Part shown: positions 15,601-31,600 of the stretch, one piece after another
Numbering within the stretch: position 1 is the first letter of the stretch
Layout: the number at the start of each line of letters is the position of its first letter
Assembly: GCA_964016885.1 (NCBI GenBank)
Contig: OZ024741.1
Location: forward strand, 48,608,001 to 48,672,000
DNA length: 64,000 bases
Source: Eledone cirrhosa
Taxonomy: Eukaryota
Direction: 5' to 3'
Notes under the pieces: generated by a model
The model's database searches: none
The model's input: only the letters and a program-made list of their open reading frames with translations
What the model was told of the DNA's origin: nothing
Position numbers and translations under genes: made by a program

Positions 15601-17670
15601 AAATATTTTCCACTATTAGGGTGTAAATATTCTCCACTATTACAGTCTAAATATTCTCCACTATTACAGTCTAAATATTCTCCGCTATTACAGTCTAAAT
15701 ATTCTTCACTACTACGGTCTAAATATTCTTCACTATTACAGAGTAAATATTCTCCACTATTACAGTCTAAATATTCTCCACTATTACAGTCTAAATATTC
15801 TTCACAAATACGGTCTAAATATTCTATTACAATCTAAATATTCTCCACTATTACAGTCTAAATATTTTTCATCACTACGTCTAAATATTCTCCACTATTA
15901 CAGTCTAAGTATTCTCCACTATTACAGTCTAAATATTTTTCATCACTACGTCTAAATATTCTCCACTATTACAGTCTAAATATTCTCAACTATTACAGGC
16001 TAAATATTCTCCACTATTAAAGTCTAAATATTCTCCACTATTACAGTCTAAATATTCTCCACTATTACAGTCTAAATATTCTCCACTATTACAGTCTAAA
16101 TATTCTCCGCTATTACAGTCTAAATATTCTCCACTATTACAGTCTAAATATTTTCCACTATTACAGTCTAAATATTCTCCACTATTTCAGTCTAGATATT
16201 CTCCGCTATTACAGTCTAAATATTCTTCACTACTACGGTCTAAATATTCTCCACTATTACAGTCTAAATATTCTCCGCCATTACAGTCTAAATATTCTTC
16301 ACTATTAGGGTCTAAATATTCTCCACTATTACAGTCTAAATATTCTCCGCTATTACAGTCTAAATATTCTCCACTATTACAGTCTAAATATTCTCCGCTA
16401 TTACAGTCTAAATATTCTCCACTATTACAGTCTAAATATTCTCCACTATTACAGTCTAAATATTCTCAACTATTACAGTCTATATATTTTCCACTATTAC
16501 AGTCTAAATATTCTCCACATTTTCAGTCTATATATTCTCCACTATTACAGTCTAAATATTCTTCACTACTACGGTCTAAATATTCTCCACTATTACAGTC
16601 TAAATATTCTCCGCTATTACAGTCTAAATATTCTTCACTATTAGTGTCTAAATATTCTCCACTATTACAGTCTAAATATTCTCCGCTATTACAGTCTAAA
16701 TATTCTCAACTATTACAGTCTAAATATTCTTCACTACTTCGGTCTAAATATTCTCCGCTATTACAATCTAAATATTCTCCACTATTACAGTCTAAATACT
16801 CTCCACTATTACGGTCTAAATATTCTCCACTATTACAGTCTAAATATTCTCCACTATTACAGTCTAAATATTCTCCACTATTACAGTCTAAATATTCTCC
16901 ACTATTACAGTCGAAATATTCTTCACTACTACGGTCTAAATATTATCCGCTATTACAATCTAAATATTCTCCACTATTACAGTCTAAATATTCTCCACTA
17001 TTACAGTCTAAATATTCTCCACTATTACAGTCTAAATATTCTCCACTATTACAGTCTAAATATTCTTCACTACTACGGTCTAAATATTCTCCACTATTAC
17101 AGTCTAAATATTCTCCGCTATTACAGTCTAAATATTCTTCACTATTAGTGTCTAAATATTCTCCGCTATTACAATCTAAATATTCTCCACTATTACAGTC
17201 TAAATATTCTCCACTATTACGGTCTAAATATTCTCCACTATTACAGTCTAAATATTCTCCACTATTACAGTCTAAATATTCTCCACTATTACAGTCGAAA
17301 TATTCTTCACTACTACGGTCTAAATATTCACCACTATTACGGTCTAAATATTTTCCACTATTAGGGTCTAAATATTCTCCACTATTACAGTGTAAATATT
17401 CTCCACTATTACAGTCTAAATATTCTCCACTATTACAGTCTAGATATTCTCCACTATTAGGGTCTAAATATTCTCCACTATTACAGTCTAAATATTCTCA
17501 ACTATTACAGTCTAAATATTCTCAACTATTACAGGCTAAATAATCTCCACTATTACAGTCTAAATATTCTCCACTATTACAGTATAAATATTCTCCACTA
17601 TTACAGTCTAAATATTCTCCACTATTACAGTCTAAATATTCTCCGCTATTACAGTCTAAATATTCTCCGC
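12700..17670 (+). repeat. Tandem duplication, offset 2465 bp
   Basis: CAAATACGG marker at 13340 and 15805; identical 299-aa ORFs at 14179 and 16644. Confidence 0.9.
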
Positions 17671-20140
17671 TATTACATTCTAAATATTCTCCGCTATTAC
17701 ACTCTAAATATTCTCTACTATTACAGTCTAAATATTCTCCACTATTACAGTCTAAATATTCTCCACTATTACAGTCTAAATATTCTTCACTCTTAGGGTC
17801 TAAATATTCTCCACTATTACAGCCTAAATATTCTCCGCTATTACAGTCTAAATATTCTCCACTATTACAGTCTAAATATTCTCCGCTATTACAGTATAAA
17901 TATTCTCCACTATTACAGTCTAAATATTCTTCACTACTACGGTCTAAATATTCTCCGCTATTACAGTCTAAATATTCTCCACTATTACAGTCTAAATATT
18001 CTCCACTATTACAGTCTAAATATTTTCCACTATTACAGTCTAAATATTCTCCACTATTTCAGTCTAGATATTCTCCACTATTACAGTCTAAATATTCTTC
18101 ACTACTACGGTCTAAATATTCTCCAGTATTACGGTCTAAATATTTTCCACTATTACAGTCTAAATATTCTCCACTATTTCAGTCTAGATATTCTCCGCTA
18201 TTACAGTCTAAATATTCTTCACTACTACGGTCTAAATATTCTCCACTATTACAGTCTAAATATTCTCCGCCATTACAGTCTAAATATTCTTCACTATTAG
18301 GGTCTAAATATTCTCCACTATTACAGTCTAAATATTCTCCGCTATTACAGTCTAAATATTCTCCACTATTACAGTCTAAATATTCTCCGCTATTACAGTC
18401 TAAATATTCTCCACTATTACAGTCTAAATATTCTCCACTATTACAGTCTAAATATTCTCAACTATTACAGTCTATATATTTTCCACTATTACAGTCTAAA
18501 TATTCTCCACATTTTCAGTCTATATATTCTCCACTATTACAGTCTAAATATTCTTCACTACTACGGTCTAAATATTCTCCACTATTACAGTCTAAATATT
18601 CTCCGCTATTACAGTCTAAATATTCTTCACTATTAGTGTCTAAATATTCTCCACTATTACAGTCTAAATATTCTCCGCTATTACAGTCTAAATATTCTCA
18701 ACTATTACAGTCTAAATATTCTTCACTACTTCGGTCTAAATATTCTCCGCTATTACAATCTAAATATTCTCCACTATTACAGTCTAAATACTCTCCACTA
18801 TTACGGTCTAAATATTCTCCACTATTACAGTCTAAATATTCTCCACTATTACAGTCTAAATATTCTCCACTATTACAGTCTAAATATTCTCCACTATTAC
18901 AGTCGAAATATTCTTCACTACTACGGTCTAAATATTATCCGCTATTACAATCTAAATATTCTCCACTATTACAGTCTAAATATTCTCCACTATTACAGTC
19001 TAAATATTCTCCACTATTACAGTCTAAATATTCTCCACTATTACAGTCTAAAATTCTTCACTACTACGGTCTAAATATTCTCCACTATTACAGTCTAAAT
19101 ATTCTCCGCTATTACAGTCTAAATATTCTTCACTATTAGTGTCTAAATATTCTCCGCTATTACAATCTAAATATTCTCCACTATTACAGTCTAAATATTC
19201 TCCACTATTACGGTCTAAATATTCTCCACTATTACAGTCTAAATATTCTCCACTATTACAGTCTAAATATTCTCCACTATTACAGTCGAAATATTCTTCA
19301 CTACTACGGTCTAAATATTCACCACTATTACGGTCTAAATATTTTCCACTATTAGGGTCTAAATATTCTCCACTATTACAGTGTAAATATTCTCCACTAT
19401 TACAGTCTAAATATTCTCCACTATTACAGTCTAGATATTCTCCACTATTAGGGTCTAAATATTCTCCACTATTACAGTCTAAATATTCTCAACTATTACA
19501 GTCTAAATATTCTCAACTATTACAGGCTAAATAATCTCCACTATTACAGTCTAAATATTCTCCACTATTACAGTATAAATATTCTCCACTATTACAGTCT
19601 AAATATTCTCCACTATTACAGTCTAAATATTCTCCGCTATTACAGTCTAAATATTCTCCGCTATTACATTCTAAATATTCTCCGCTATTACACTCTAAAT
19701 ATTCTCTACTATTACAGTCTAAATATTCTCCACTATTACAGTCTAAATATTCTCCACTATTACAGTCTAAATATTCTTCACTCTTAGGGTCTAAATATTC
19801 TCCACTATTACAGCCTAAATATTCTCCGCTATTACAGTCTAAATATTCTCCACTATTACAGTCTAAATATTCTCCGCTATTACAGTATAAATATTCTCCA
19901 CTATTACAGTCTAAATATTCTTCACTACTACGGTCTAAATATTCTCCGCTATTACAGTCTAAATATTCTCCACTATTACAGTCTAAATATTCTCCACTAT
20001 TACAGTCTAAATATTTTCCACTATTACAGTCTAAATATTCTCCACTATTTCAGTCTAGATATTCTCCACTATTACAGTCTAAATATTCTTCACTACTACG
20101 GTCTAAATATTCTCCAGTATTACGGTCTAAATATTTTCCA
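16150..20140 (+). repeat. Tandem duplication, offset 1992/1991 bp
   Basis: ORF starts at 16644 and 18636 share variant order. Paired CATTCT/CACTCT units occur at about 17690 and 19680. The second copy has a 1-bp deletion near 19052. Confidence 0.85.
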
Positions 20141-23100
20141 CTATTACAGTCTAAATATTCTCCACTATTACAGTCTAAATATTCTCCGCTATTACAGTCT
20201 AAATATTCTTCACTACTACGGTCTAAATATTCTTCACTATTACAGTGTAAATAATCTCCACTATTACAGTCTAAATATTCTCCACTATTACAGTCTAAAT
20301 ATTCTTCACAAATACGGTCTAAATATTCTATTACAATCTAAATATTCTCCACTATTACAGTCTAAATATTTTTCATCACTACGTCTAAATATTCTCCACT
20401 ATTACAGTCTAAATATTCTCCACTATTACAGTCTAAATATTTTTCATCACTACGTCTAAATATTCTCCACTATTACAGTCTAAATATTCTCAACTATTAC
20501 AGGCTAAATATTCTCCACTATTAAAGTCTAAATATTCTCCACTATTACAGTCTAAATATTCTCCACTATTACAGTCTAAATATTCTCCACTATTACAGTC
20601 TAAATATTCTCCGCTATTACAGTCTAAATATTCTCCACTATTACAGTCTAAATATTTTCCACTATTACAGTCTAAATATTCTCCACTATTTCAGTCTAGA
20701 TATTCTCCGCTATTACAGTCTAAATATTCTTCACTACTACGGTCTAAATATTCTCCACTATTACAGTCTAAATATTCTCCGCCATTACAGTCTAAATATT
20801 CTTCACTATTAGTGTCTAAATATTCTCCGCTATTACAATCTAAATATTCTCCACTATTACAGTCTAAATATTCTCCACTATTACGGTCTAAATATTCTCC
20901 ACTATTACGGTCTAAATATTCTCCACTATTACAGTCTAAATATTCTTCACTATTACAGTCGAAATATTCTTCACTACTACGGTCTAAATATTCACCACTA
21001 TTACGGTCTAAATATTTTCCACTATTAGGGTCTAAATATTCTCCACTATTACAGTCTAAATATTCTCCACTATTACAGTCTAAATATTCTCCACTATTAC
21101 AGTCTAAATATTCCTCACTATTAGGGTCTAAATGTTCTCCACTATTACAATCTAAATATTCTCAACTATTACAGTCTAAATATTCTCAACTATTACAGGC
21201 TAAATAATCTCCACTATTACAGTCTAAATATTCTCCACTATTACAGTATAAATATTCTCCACTATTACAGTCTAATTATTCTCCACTATTACATTCTAAA
21301 TATTCTCCGCTATTACAGTCTAAATATTCTCCGCTATTACAGTCTAAATATTCTCCGCTATTACAGTCTAAATATTCTCCACTATTACAGTCTAAATATT
21401 CTCTACTATTACAGTCTAAATATTCTCCACTATTACAGTCTAAATATTCTCCACTATTACAGTCGAAATATTCTTCACTACTACGGTCTAAATATTCACC
21501 ACTATTACGGTCTAAATATTTTCCACTATTAGGGTCTAAATATTCTCCACTATTACAGTGTAAATATTCTCCACTATTACAGTCTAAATATTCTCCACTA
21601 TTACAGTCTAAATATTCTCCACTATTAGGGTCTAAATATTCTCCACTATTACAGTCTAAATATTCTCAACTATTACAGTCTAAATATTCTCAACTATTAC
21701 AGGCTAAATAATCTCCACTATTACAGTCTAAATATTCTCCACTATTACAGTATAAATATTCTCCACTATTACAGTCTAAATATTCTCCACTATTACAGTT
21801 TAAATATTCTCCACTATTAGGGTCTAAATATTTTCCACTATTACAGTCTAAATATTCTCCACTATTTCAGTCTAGATATTCTCCACTATTACAGTCTAAA
21901 TATTCTTCACTACTACGGTCTAAATATTCTCCACTATTACAGTCTAAATATTCTACGCTATTACAGTCTAAATATTCTTCACTATTAGTGTCTAAATATT
22001 CTCCGCTATTACAATCTAAATATTCTCCACTATTACAGTCTAAATATTCTCCACTATTACGGTCTAAATATTCTCCACTATTACAGTCTAAATATTCTCC
22101 ACTATTACAGTCTAAATATTCTTCACTATTACAGTCGAAATATTCTTCACTACTACGGTCTAAATATTCACCACTATTACGGTCTAAATATTTTCCACTA
22201 TTAGGGTCTAAATATTCTCCACTATTACAGTGTAAATATTCTCCACTATTACAGTCTAAATATTCTCCACTATTAAAGTCTAAATATTCTCCACTATTAG
22301 TGTCTAAATATTCTCCACTATTACAGTCTAAATATTCTCAACTATTACAGTCTAAATATTCTCAACTATTACAGGCTAAATAATCTCCACTATTACAGTC
22401 TAAATATTCTCCACTATTACAGTATAAATATTCTCCACTATTACAGTCTAAATATTCTCCACTATTACAGTCTAAATATTCTCCGCTATTACAGTCTAAA
22501 TATTCTCCGCTATTACAGTCTAAATATTCTCCGCTATTACAGTCTAAATATTCTCCGCTATTACAGTCTAAATATTCTCCACTATTACAGTCTAAATATT
22601 CTCTACTATTACAGTCTAAATATTCTTCACTATTACAGTCTAAATATTCTCCACTATTACAGTCTAAATATTCTTCACTACTACGGTCTAAATATTCTCC
22701 ACTATTACAATCTTAATATTCTCCACTATTACAGTCTAAATAGTCTTCACTACTACGGTCTAAATATTCTCGGCTATTACAGTCTAAATATTCTCCACTA
22801 TTACAGTCTAAATATTCTTCACTATTAGGGTCTAAATATTCTCCACTATTACAGCCTAAATATTCTCCGCTATTACAGTCTAAATATACTCCACTATTAC
22901 AGTCTAAATATTCTCCGCTATTACAGTCTAAATATTCTCCACTATTACAGTCTAAATATTCTTCACTACTACGGTCTAAATATTCTCCGCTATTACAGTC
23001 TAAATATTCTCCACTATTACAGTCTAAATATTCTCCACTATTACAGTCTAAATATTTTCCACTATTACAGTCTAAATATTCTCCACTATTTCAGTCTAGA

Positions 23101-25649
23101 TATTCTCCACTATTACAGTCTAAATATTCTTCACTACCACGGTCTAAATATTCTCCACTATTACGGTCTAAATATTTTCCACTATTAGGGTGTAAATATT
23201 CTCCACTATTACAGTCTAAATATTCTCCACTATTACAGTCTAAATATTCTCCGCTATTACAGTGTAAATATTCTTCGCTACTACGGTCTAAATATTCTTC
23301 ACTATTACAGAGTAAATATTCTCCACTATTACAGTCTAAATATTCTCCACTATTACAGTCTAAATATTCTTCACAAATACGGTCTAAATATTCTATTACA
23401 GTCTAAATATTCTCCACTTTTACAGTCTAAATATTTTTCATCACTACGTCTAAATATTCTCCACTATTACAGTCTAAATATTCTCCACTATTACAGTCTA
23501 AATATTTTTCATCACTACGTCTAAATATTCTCCATAATTACAGTCTAAATATTCTCCACTATTACAGTCTAAATATTCTCCACTATTACAGTCTAAATAT
23601 TCTCCACTATTAGGGTCTAAATATTCTCCACTCTTACAGTCTAAATATTCTCAACTATTACAGTCTAAATATTCTCAACTATTACAGGCTAAATATTCTC
23701 CACTATTAAAGTCTAAATATTCTCCACTATTACAGTCTAAATATTCTCCACTATTACAGTCTAAATATTCTCCACTATTACAGTCTAAATATTCTTCACT
23801 ACTACGGTCTAAATATTCTCGGCTATTACAGTCTAAATATTCTCCACTATTACAGTCTAAATATTCTTCACTATTAGGGTCTAAATATTCTCCACTATTA
23901 CAACCTAAATATTCTCCGCTATTACAGTCTAAATATTCTCCACTATTACAGTCTAAATATTCTCCGCTATTACAGTCTAAATATTCTCCACTATTACAGT
24001 CTAAATATTCTTCACTACTACGGTCTAAATATTCTCCGCTATTACAGTCTAAATATTCTCCACTATTACAGTCTAAATATTTTTCATCACTCCGTCTAAA
24101 TATTCTCCACTATTACAGTCTAAATATTTTTCATCACTCCGTCTAAATATTCTCCACTATTACAGTCTAAATATTCTCCACTATTACAGTCTAAATATTC
24201 TCCACTATTACAGTCTAAATATTCTCCACTATTAGGGTCTAAATATTCTCCACTCTTACAGTCTAAATATTCTCAACTATTACAGTCTAAATATTCTCAA
24301 CTATTACAGGCTAAATATTCTCCACTATTAAAGTCTAAATATTCTCCACTATTACAGTCTAAATATTCTCCACTATTACAGTCTTAATATTCTCCACTAT
24401 TACAGTCTAAATATTCTTCACTACTACGGTCTAAATATTCTCGGCTATTACAGTCTAAATATTCTCCACTATTACAGTCTCAATATTCTTCACTATTAGG
24501 GTCTAAATATTCTCCACTATTACAGCCTAAATATTCTCCGCTATTACAGTCTAAATATTCTCCACTATTACAGTCTAAATATTCTCCGCTATTACAGTCT
24601 AAATATTCTCCACTATTACAGTCTAAATATTCTTCACTACTACGGTCTAAATATTCTCCGCTATTACAGTCTAAATATTCTCTACTATTACAGTCTAAAT
24701 ATTCTCCACTATTACAGTCTAAATATTTTCCACTATTACAGTCTAAATATTTTCCACTATTTCAGTCTAGATATTCTCCACTATTACAGTCTAAATATTC
24801 TTCACTACTTCGGTCTAAATATTCTCCACTATTACGGTCTAAATATTTTCCACTATTAGGGTGTAAATATTCTCCACTATTACAGTCTAAATATTCTCCA
24901 CTATTACAGTCTAAATATTCTCCGCAATTACAGTCTAAATATTCTTCACTACTACGGTCTAAATATTCTTCACTATTACAGAGTAAATATTCTCCACTAT
25001 TACAGTCTAAATATTCTCCACTATTACAGTCTAAATATTCTTCACAAATACGGTCTAAATATTCTATTACAGTCTAAATATTCTCCATTATTACAGTCTA
25101 AATATTTTTCATCACTACGTCTAAATATTCTCCACTATTACAGTCTAAATATTCTCCACTATTACAGTCTAAATATTTTTCATCACTACGTCTAAATATT
25201 CTCCACTATTACAGTCTAAATATTCTCCACTATTACAGTCTAAATATTCTCCACTATTAGGGTCTAAATATTCTCCACTCTTACAGTCTAAATATTCTCA
25301 ACTATTACAGTCTAAATATTCTCAACTATTACAGGCTAAATATTCTCCACTATTAAAGTTTAAATATTTTCCACTATTACAGTCTAAATATTCTCCACTA
25401 TTACAGTCTAAATATTCTCCACTATTACAGTCTAAATATTCTCCACTATTACAGTCTAAATATTCTCCACTATTACAGTCAAAATATTCCTCACTATTAG
25501 GGTCTAAATGTTCACCACTATTACAGTCTAAATATTCTCAACTATTACAGTCTAAATATTCTCAACTATTACAGGCTAAATAATCTCCACTATTACAGTA
25601 TAAATATTCTCCACTATTACAGTCTAAATATTCTCCACTATTACAGTCT

Positions 25650-28600
25650 TAATATTCTTCACTACTACGGTCTAAATATTCTCCACTATTACAGTCTTAA
25701 TATTCTCCACTATTACAGTCTAAATATTCTTCACTATTAGGGTCTAAATATTCTCCACTATTACAGTCTAAATATTCTCCGCTATTACAGTCTGAATATT
25801 CTCCACTATTACAGTCTATATATTCTCCGCTATTACAGTCTAAATATTCTCCACTATTACAGTCTAAATATTCTTCACTACTACGGTCTAAATATTCTCC
25901 GCTATTACAGTCTAAATATTCTCCACTATTACAGTCTAAATATTCTCAACTATTACAGTCTAAATATTCTCAACTATTACAGGCTAAATATTCTCCACTA
26001 TTAAAGTCTAAATATTCTCCACTATTACAGTCTAAATATTCTCCACTATTACAGTCTAAATATTCTCCACTATTACAGTCTAAATATTCTTCACTACTAC
26101 GGTCTAAATATTCTCGGCTATTACAGTCTAAATATTCTCCACTATTACAGTCTAAATATTCTTCACTATTAGGGTCTAAATATTCTCCACTATTACAACC
26201 TAAATATTCTCCGCTATTACAGTCTAAATATTCTCCACTATTACAGTCTAAATATTCTCCGCTGTTACAGTCTAAATATTCTCCACTATTACAGTCTAAA
26301 TATTCTTCACTACTACGGTCTAAATATTCTCCGCTATTACAGTCTAAATATTCTCCACTATTACAGTCTAAATATTTTTCATCACTCCGTCTAAATATTC
26401 TCCACTATTACAGTCTAAATATTCTCCACTATTACAGTCTAAATATTCTTCACTATTACAGTCTAAATATTCTCCACTATTAGGGTCTAAATATTCTCCA
26501 CTCTTACAGTCTAAATATTCTCAACTATTACAGTCTAAATATTCTCAACTATTACAGTCTAAATATTCTCCACTATTACAGTCTAAATATTCTCTACTAT
26601 TACAGTCTAAATATTCTCCACTATTACAGTCTAAATATTCTCCACTATTACAGTCTAAATATTCTTCACTACTACGGTCTAAATATTCTCCACTATTACA
26701 GTCTTAATATTCTCCACTATTACAGTCTAAATAGTCTTCACTACTACGGTCTAAATATTCTCGGATATTACAGTCTAAATATTCTCCACTATTACAGTCT
26801 AAATATTCTTCACTATTAGGGTCTAAATATTCTCCACTATTACAGCCTAAATATTCTCCGCTATTACAGTCTAAATATTCTCCAATATTACAGTCTAAAT
26901 ATTCTCCGCTATTACAGTCTAAATATTCTCCACTATTACAGTCTAAATATTCTTCACTACTACGGTCTAAATATTCTCCGCTATTACAGTCTAAATATTC
27001 TCCACTATTACAGTCTAAATATTCTCCACTATTACAGTCTAAATATTTTCCACTATTACAGTCTAAATATTCTCCACTATTTCAGTCTAGATATTCTCCA
27101 CTATTACAGACTAAATATTCTTCACTACTACGGTCTAAATATTCTCCACTATTACGGTCTAAATATTTTCCACTATTAGGGTGTAAATATTCTCCACTAT
27201 TACAGTCTAAATATTCTCCACTATTACAGTCTAAATATTCTCCGCTATTACAGTCTAAATATTCTTCACTACTACGGTCTAAATATTCTTCACTATTACA
27301 GAGTAAATATTCTCCACTATTACAGTCTAAATATTCTCCACTATTACAGTCTAAATATTCTTCACAAATACGGTCTAAATATTCTATTACAGTCTAAATA
27401 TTCTCCAGTTTTACAGTCTAAATATTTTTCATCACTACGTCTAAATATTCTCCACTATTACAGTCTAAATATTCTCCACTATTACAGTCTAAATATTTTT
27501 CATCACTACGTCTAAATATTCTCCACTATTACAGTCTAAATATTCTCCACTATTACAGTCTAAATATTCTCCACTATTACAGTCTAAATATTCTCCACTA
27601 TTAGGGTCTAAATATTCTCCACTCTTACAGTCTAAATATTCTCAACTATTACAGTCTAAATATTCTCAACTATTACAGGCTAAATATTCTCCACTATTAA
27701 AGTCTAAATATTCTCCACTATTACAGTCTAAATATTCTCCACTATTACAGTCTAAATATTCTCCACTATTACAGTCTAAATATTCTTCACTACTACGGTC
27801 TAAATATTCTCGGCTATTACAGTCTAAATATTCTCCACTATTACAGTCTAAATATTCTTCACTATTAGGGTCTAAATATTCTCCACTATTACAACCTAAA
27901 TATTCTCCGCTATTACAGTCTAAATATTCTCCACTATTACAGTCTAAATATTCTCCGCTATTACAGTCTAAATATTCTCCACTATTACAGTCTAAATATT
28001 CTTCACTACTACGGTCTAAATATTCTCCGCTATTACAGTCTAAATATTCTCCACTATTACAGTCTAAATATTTTTCATCACTCTGTCTAAATATTCTCCA
28101 CTATTACAGTCTAAATATTCTCCACTATTACAGTCTAAATATTCTTCACTATTACAGTCTAAATATTCTCCACTATTAGGGTCTAAATATTCTCCACTCT
28201 TACAGTCTAAATATTCTCAACTATTACAGTCTAAATATTCTCAACTATTACAGGCTAAATATTCTCCACTATTAAAGTCTAAATATTCTCCACTATTACA
28301 GTCTAAATATTCTCGACTATTACAGTCTTAATATTCTCCACTATTACAGTCTAAATATTCTTCACTACTACGGTCTAAATATTCTCGGCTATTACAGTCT
28401 AAATATTCTCCACTATTACAGTCTCAATATTCTTCACTATTAGGGTCTAAATATTCTCCACTATTACAGCCTAAATATTCTCCGCTATTACAGTCTAAAT
28501 ATTCTCCACTATTACAGTCTAAATATTCTCCGCTATTACAGTCTAAATATTCTCCACTATTACAGTCTAAATATTCTTCACTACTACGGTCTAAATATTC

Positions 28601-31600
28601 TCCGCTATTACAGTCTAAATATTCTCCACTATTACAGTCTAAATATTCTCCACTATTACAGTCTAAATATTTTCCACTATTACAGTCTAAATATTTTCCA
28701 CTATTTCAGTCTAGATATTCTCCACTATTACAGTCTAAATATTCTTCACTACTACGGTCTAAATATTCTCCACTATTACGGTCTAAATATTTTCCACTAT
28801 TAGGGTGTAAATATTCTCCACTATTACAGTCTAAATATTCTCCACTATTACAGTCTAAATATTCTCCGCAATTACAGTCTAAATATTCTTCACTACTACG
28901 GTCTAAATATTCTTCACTATTACAGAGTAAATATTCTCCACTATTACAGTCTAAATATTCTCCACTATTACAGTCTAAATATTCTTCACAAATACGGTCT
29001 AAATATTCTATTACAGTCTAAATATTCTCCACTATTACAGTCTAAATATTTTTCATCACTACGTCTAAATATTCTCCACTATTACAGTCTAAATATTCTC
29101 CACTATTACAGTCTAAATATTTTTCATCACTACGTCTAAATATTCTCCACTATTACAGCCTAAATATTCTCCGCTATTACAGTCTAAATATTCTCAACTA
29201 TTACAGGCTAAATAATCTCCACTATTACAGTATAAATATTCTCCACTATTACAGTCTAAATATTCTCCACTATTACAGTCTAAATATTCTCCGCTATTAC
29301 AGTCTAAATATTCTCGGCTATTACAGTCTAAATATTCTCCGCTATTACAGTCTAAATATTCTCCACTATTACAGTCTAAATATTCTCCACTATTACAGTC
29401 TAAATATTCTCTACTATTACAGTCTTAATATTCTTCACTACTACGGTCTAAATATTCTCCACTATTACAGTCTTAATATTCTCCACTATTACAGTCTAAA
29501 TATTCTTCACTATTAGGGTCTAAATATTCTCCACTATTACAGTCTAAATATTCTCCGCTATTACAGTCTGAATATTCTCCACTATTACAGTCTATATATT
29601 CTCCGCTATTACAGTCTAAATATTCTCCACTATTACAGTCTAAATATTCTTCACTACTACGGTCTAAATATTCTCCGCTATTACAGTCTAAATATTCTCC
29701 ACTATTACAGTCTAAATATTCTCAACTATTACAGTCTAAATATTCTCAACTATTACAGGCTAAATATTCTCCACTATTAAAGTCTAAATATTCTCCACTA
29801 TTACAGTCTAAATATTCTCCACTATTACAGTCTAAATATTCTCCACTATTACAGTCTAAATATTCTTCACTACTACGGTCTAAATATTCTCGGCTATTAC
29901 AGTCTAAATATTCTCCACTATTACAGTCTAAATATTCTTCACTATTAGGGTCTAAATATTCTCCACTATTACAACCTAAATATTCTCCGCTATTACAGTC
30001 TAAATATTCTCCACTATTACAGTCTAAATATTCTCCGCTATTACAGTCTAAATATTCTCCACTATTACAGTCTAAATATTCTTCACTACTACGGTCTAAA
30101 TATTCTCCGCTATTACAGTCTAAATATTCTCCACTATTACAGTCTAAATATTTTTCATCACTCCGTCTAAATATTCTCCACTATTACAGTCTAAATATTC
30201 TCCACTATTACAGTCTAAATATTCTTCACTATTACAGTCTAAATATTCTCCACTATTAGGGTCTAAATATTCTCCACTCTTACAGTCTAAATATTCTCAA
30301 CTATTACAGTCTAAATATTCTCAACTATTACAGTCTAAATATTCTCCACTATTACAGTCTAAATATTCTCTACTATTACAGTCTAAATATTCTCCACTAT
30401 TACAGTCTAAATATTCTCCACTATTACAGTCTAAATATTCTTCACTACTACGGTCTAAATATTCTCCACTATTACAGTCTTAATATTCTCCACTATTACA
30501 GTCTAAATAGTCTTCACTACTACGGTCTAAATATTCTCGGATATTACAGTCTAAATATTCTCCACTATTACAGTCTAAATATTCTTCACTATTAGGGTCT
30601 AAATATTCTCCACTATTACAGCCTAAATATTCTCCGCTATTACAGTCTAAATATTCTCCAATATTACAGTCTAAATATTCTCCGCTATTACAGTCTAAAT
30701 ATTCTCCACTATTACAGTCTAAATATTCTTCACTACTACGGTCTAAATATTCTCCGCTATTACAGTCTAAATATTCTCCACTATTACAGTCTAAATATTC
30801 TCCACTATTACAGTCTAAATATTTTCCACTATTACAGTCTAAATATTCTCCACTATTTCAGTCTAGATATTCTCCACTATTACAGACTAAATATTCTTCA
30901 CTACTACGGTCTAAATATTCTCCACTATTACGGTCTAAATATTTTCCACTATTAGGGTGTAAATATTCTCCACTATTACAGTCTAAATATTCTCCACTAT
31001 TACAGTCTAAATATTCTCCGCTATTACAGTCTAAATATTCTTCACTACTACGGTCTAAATATTCTTCACTATTACAGAGTAAATATTCTCCACTATTACA
31101 GTCTAAATATTCTCCACTATTACAGTCTAAATATTCTTCACAAATACGGTCTAAATATTCTATTACAGTCTAAATATTCTCCACTTTTACAGTCTAAATA
31201 TTTTTCATCACTACGTCTAAATATTCTCCACTATTACAGTCTAAATATTCTCCACTATTACAGTCTAAATATTTTTCATCACTACGTCTAAATATTCTCC
31301 ACTATTACAGTCTAAATATTCTCCACTATTACAGTCTAAATATTCTCCACTATTACAGTCTAAATATTCTCCACTATTAGGGTCTAAATATTCTCCACTC
31401 TTACAGTCTAAATATTCTCAACTATTACAGTCTAAATATTCTCAACTATTACAGGCTAAATATTCTCCACTATTAAAGTCTAAATATTCTCCACTATTAC
31501 AGTCTAAATATTCTCCACTATTACAGTCTAAATATTCTCCACTATTACAGTCTAAATATTCTTCACTACTACGGTCTAAATATTCTCGGCTATTACAGTC

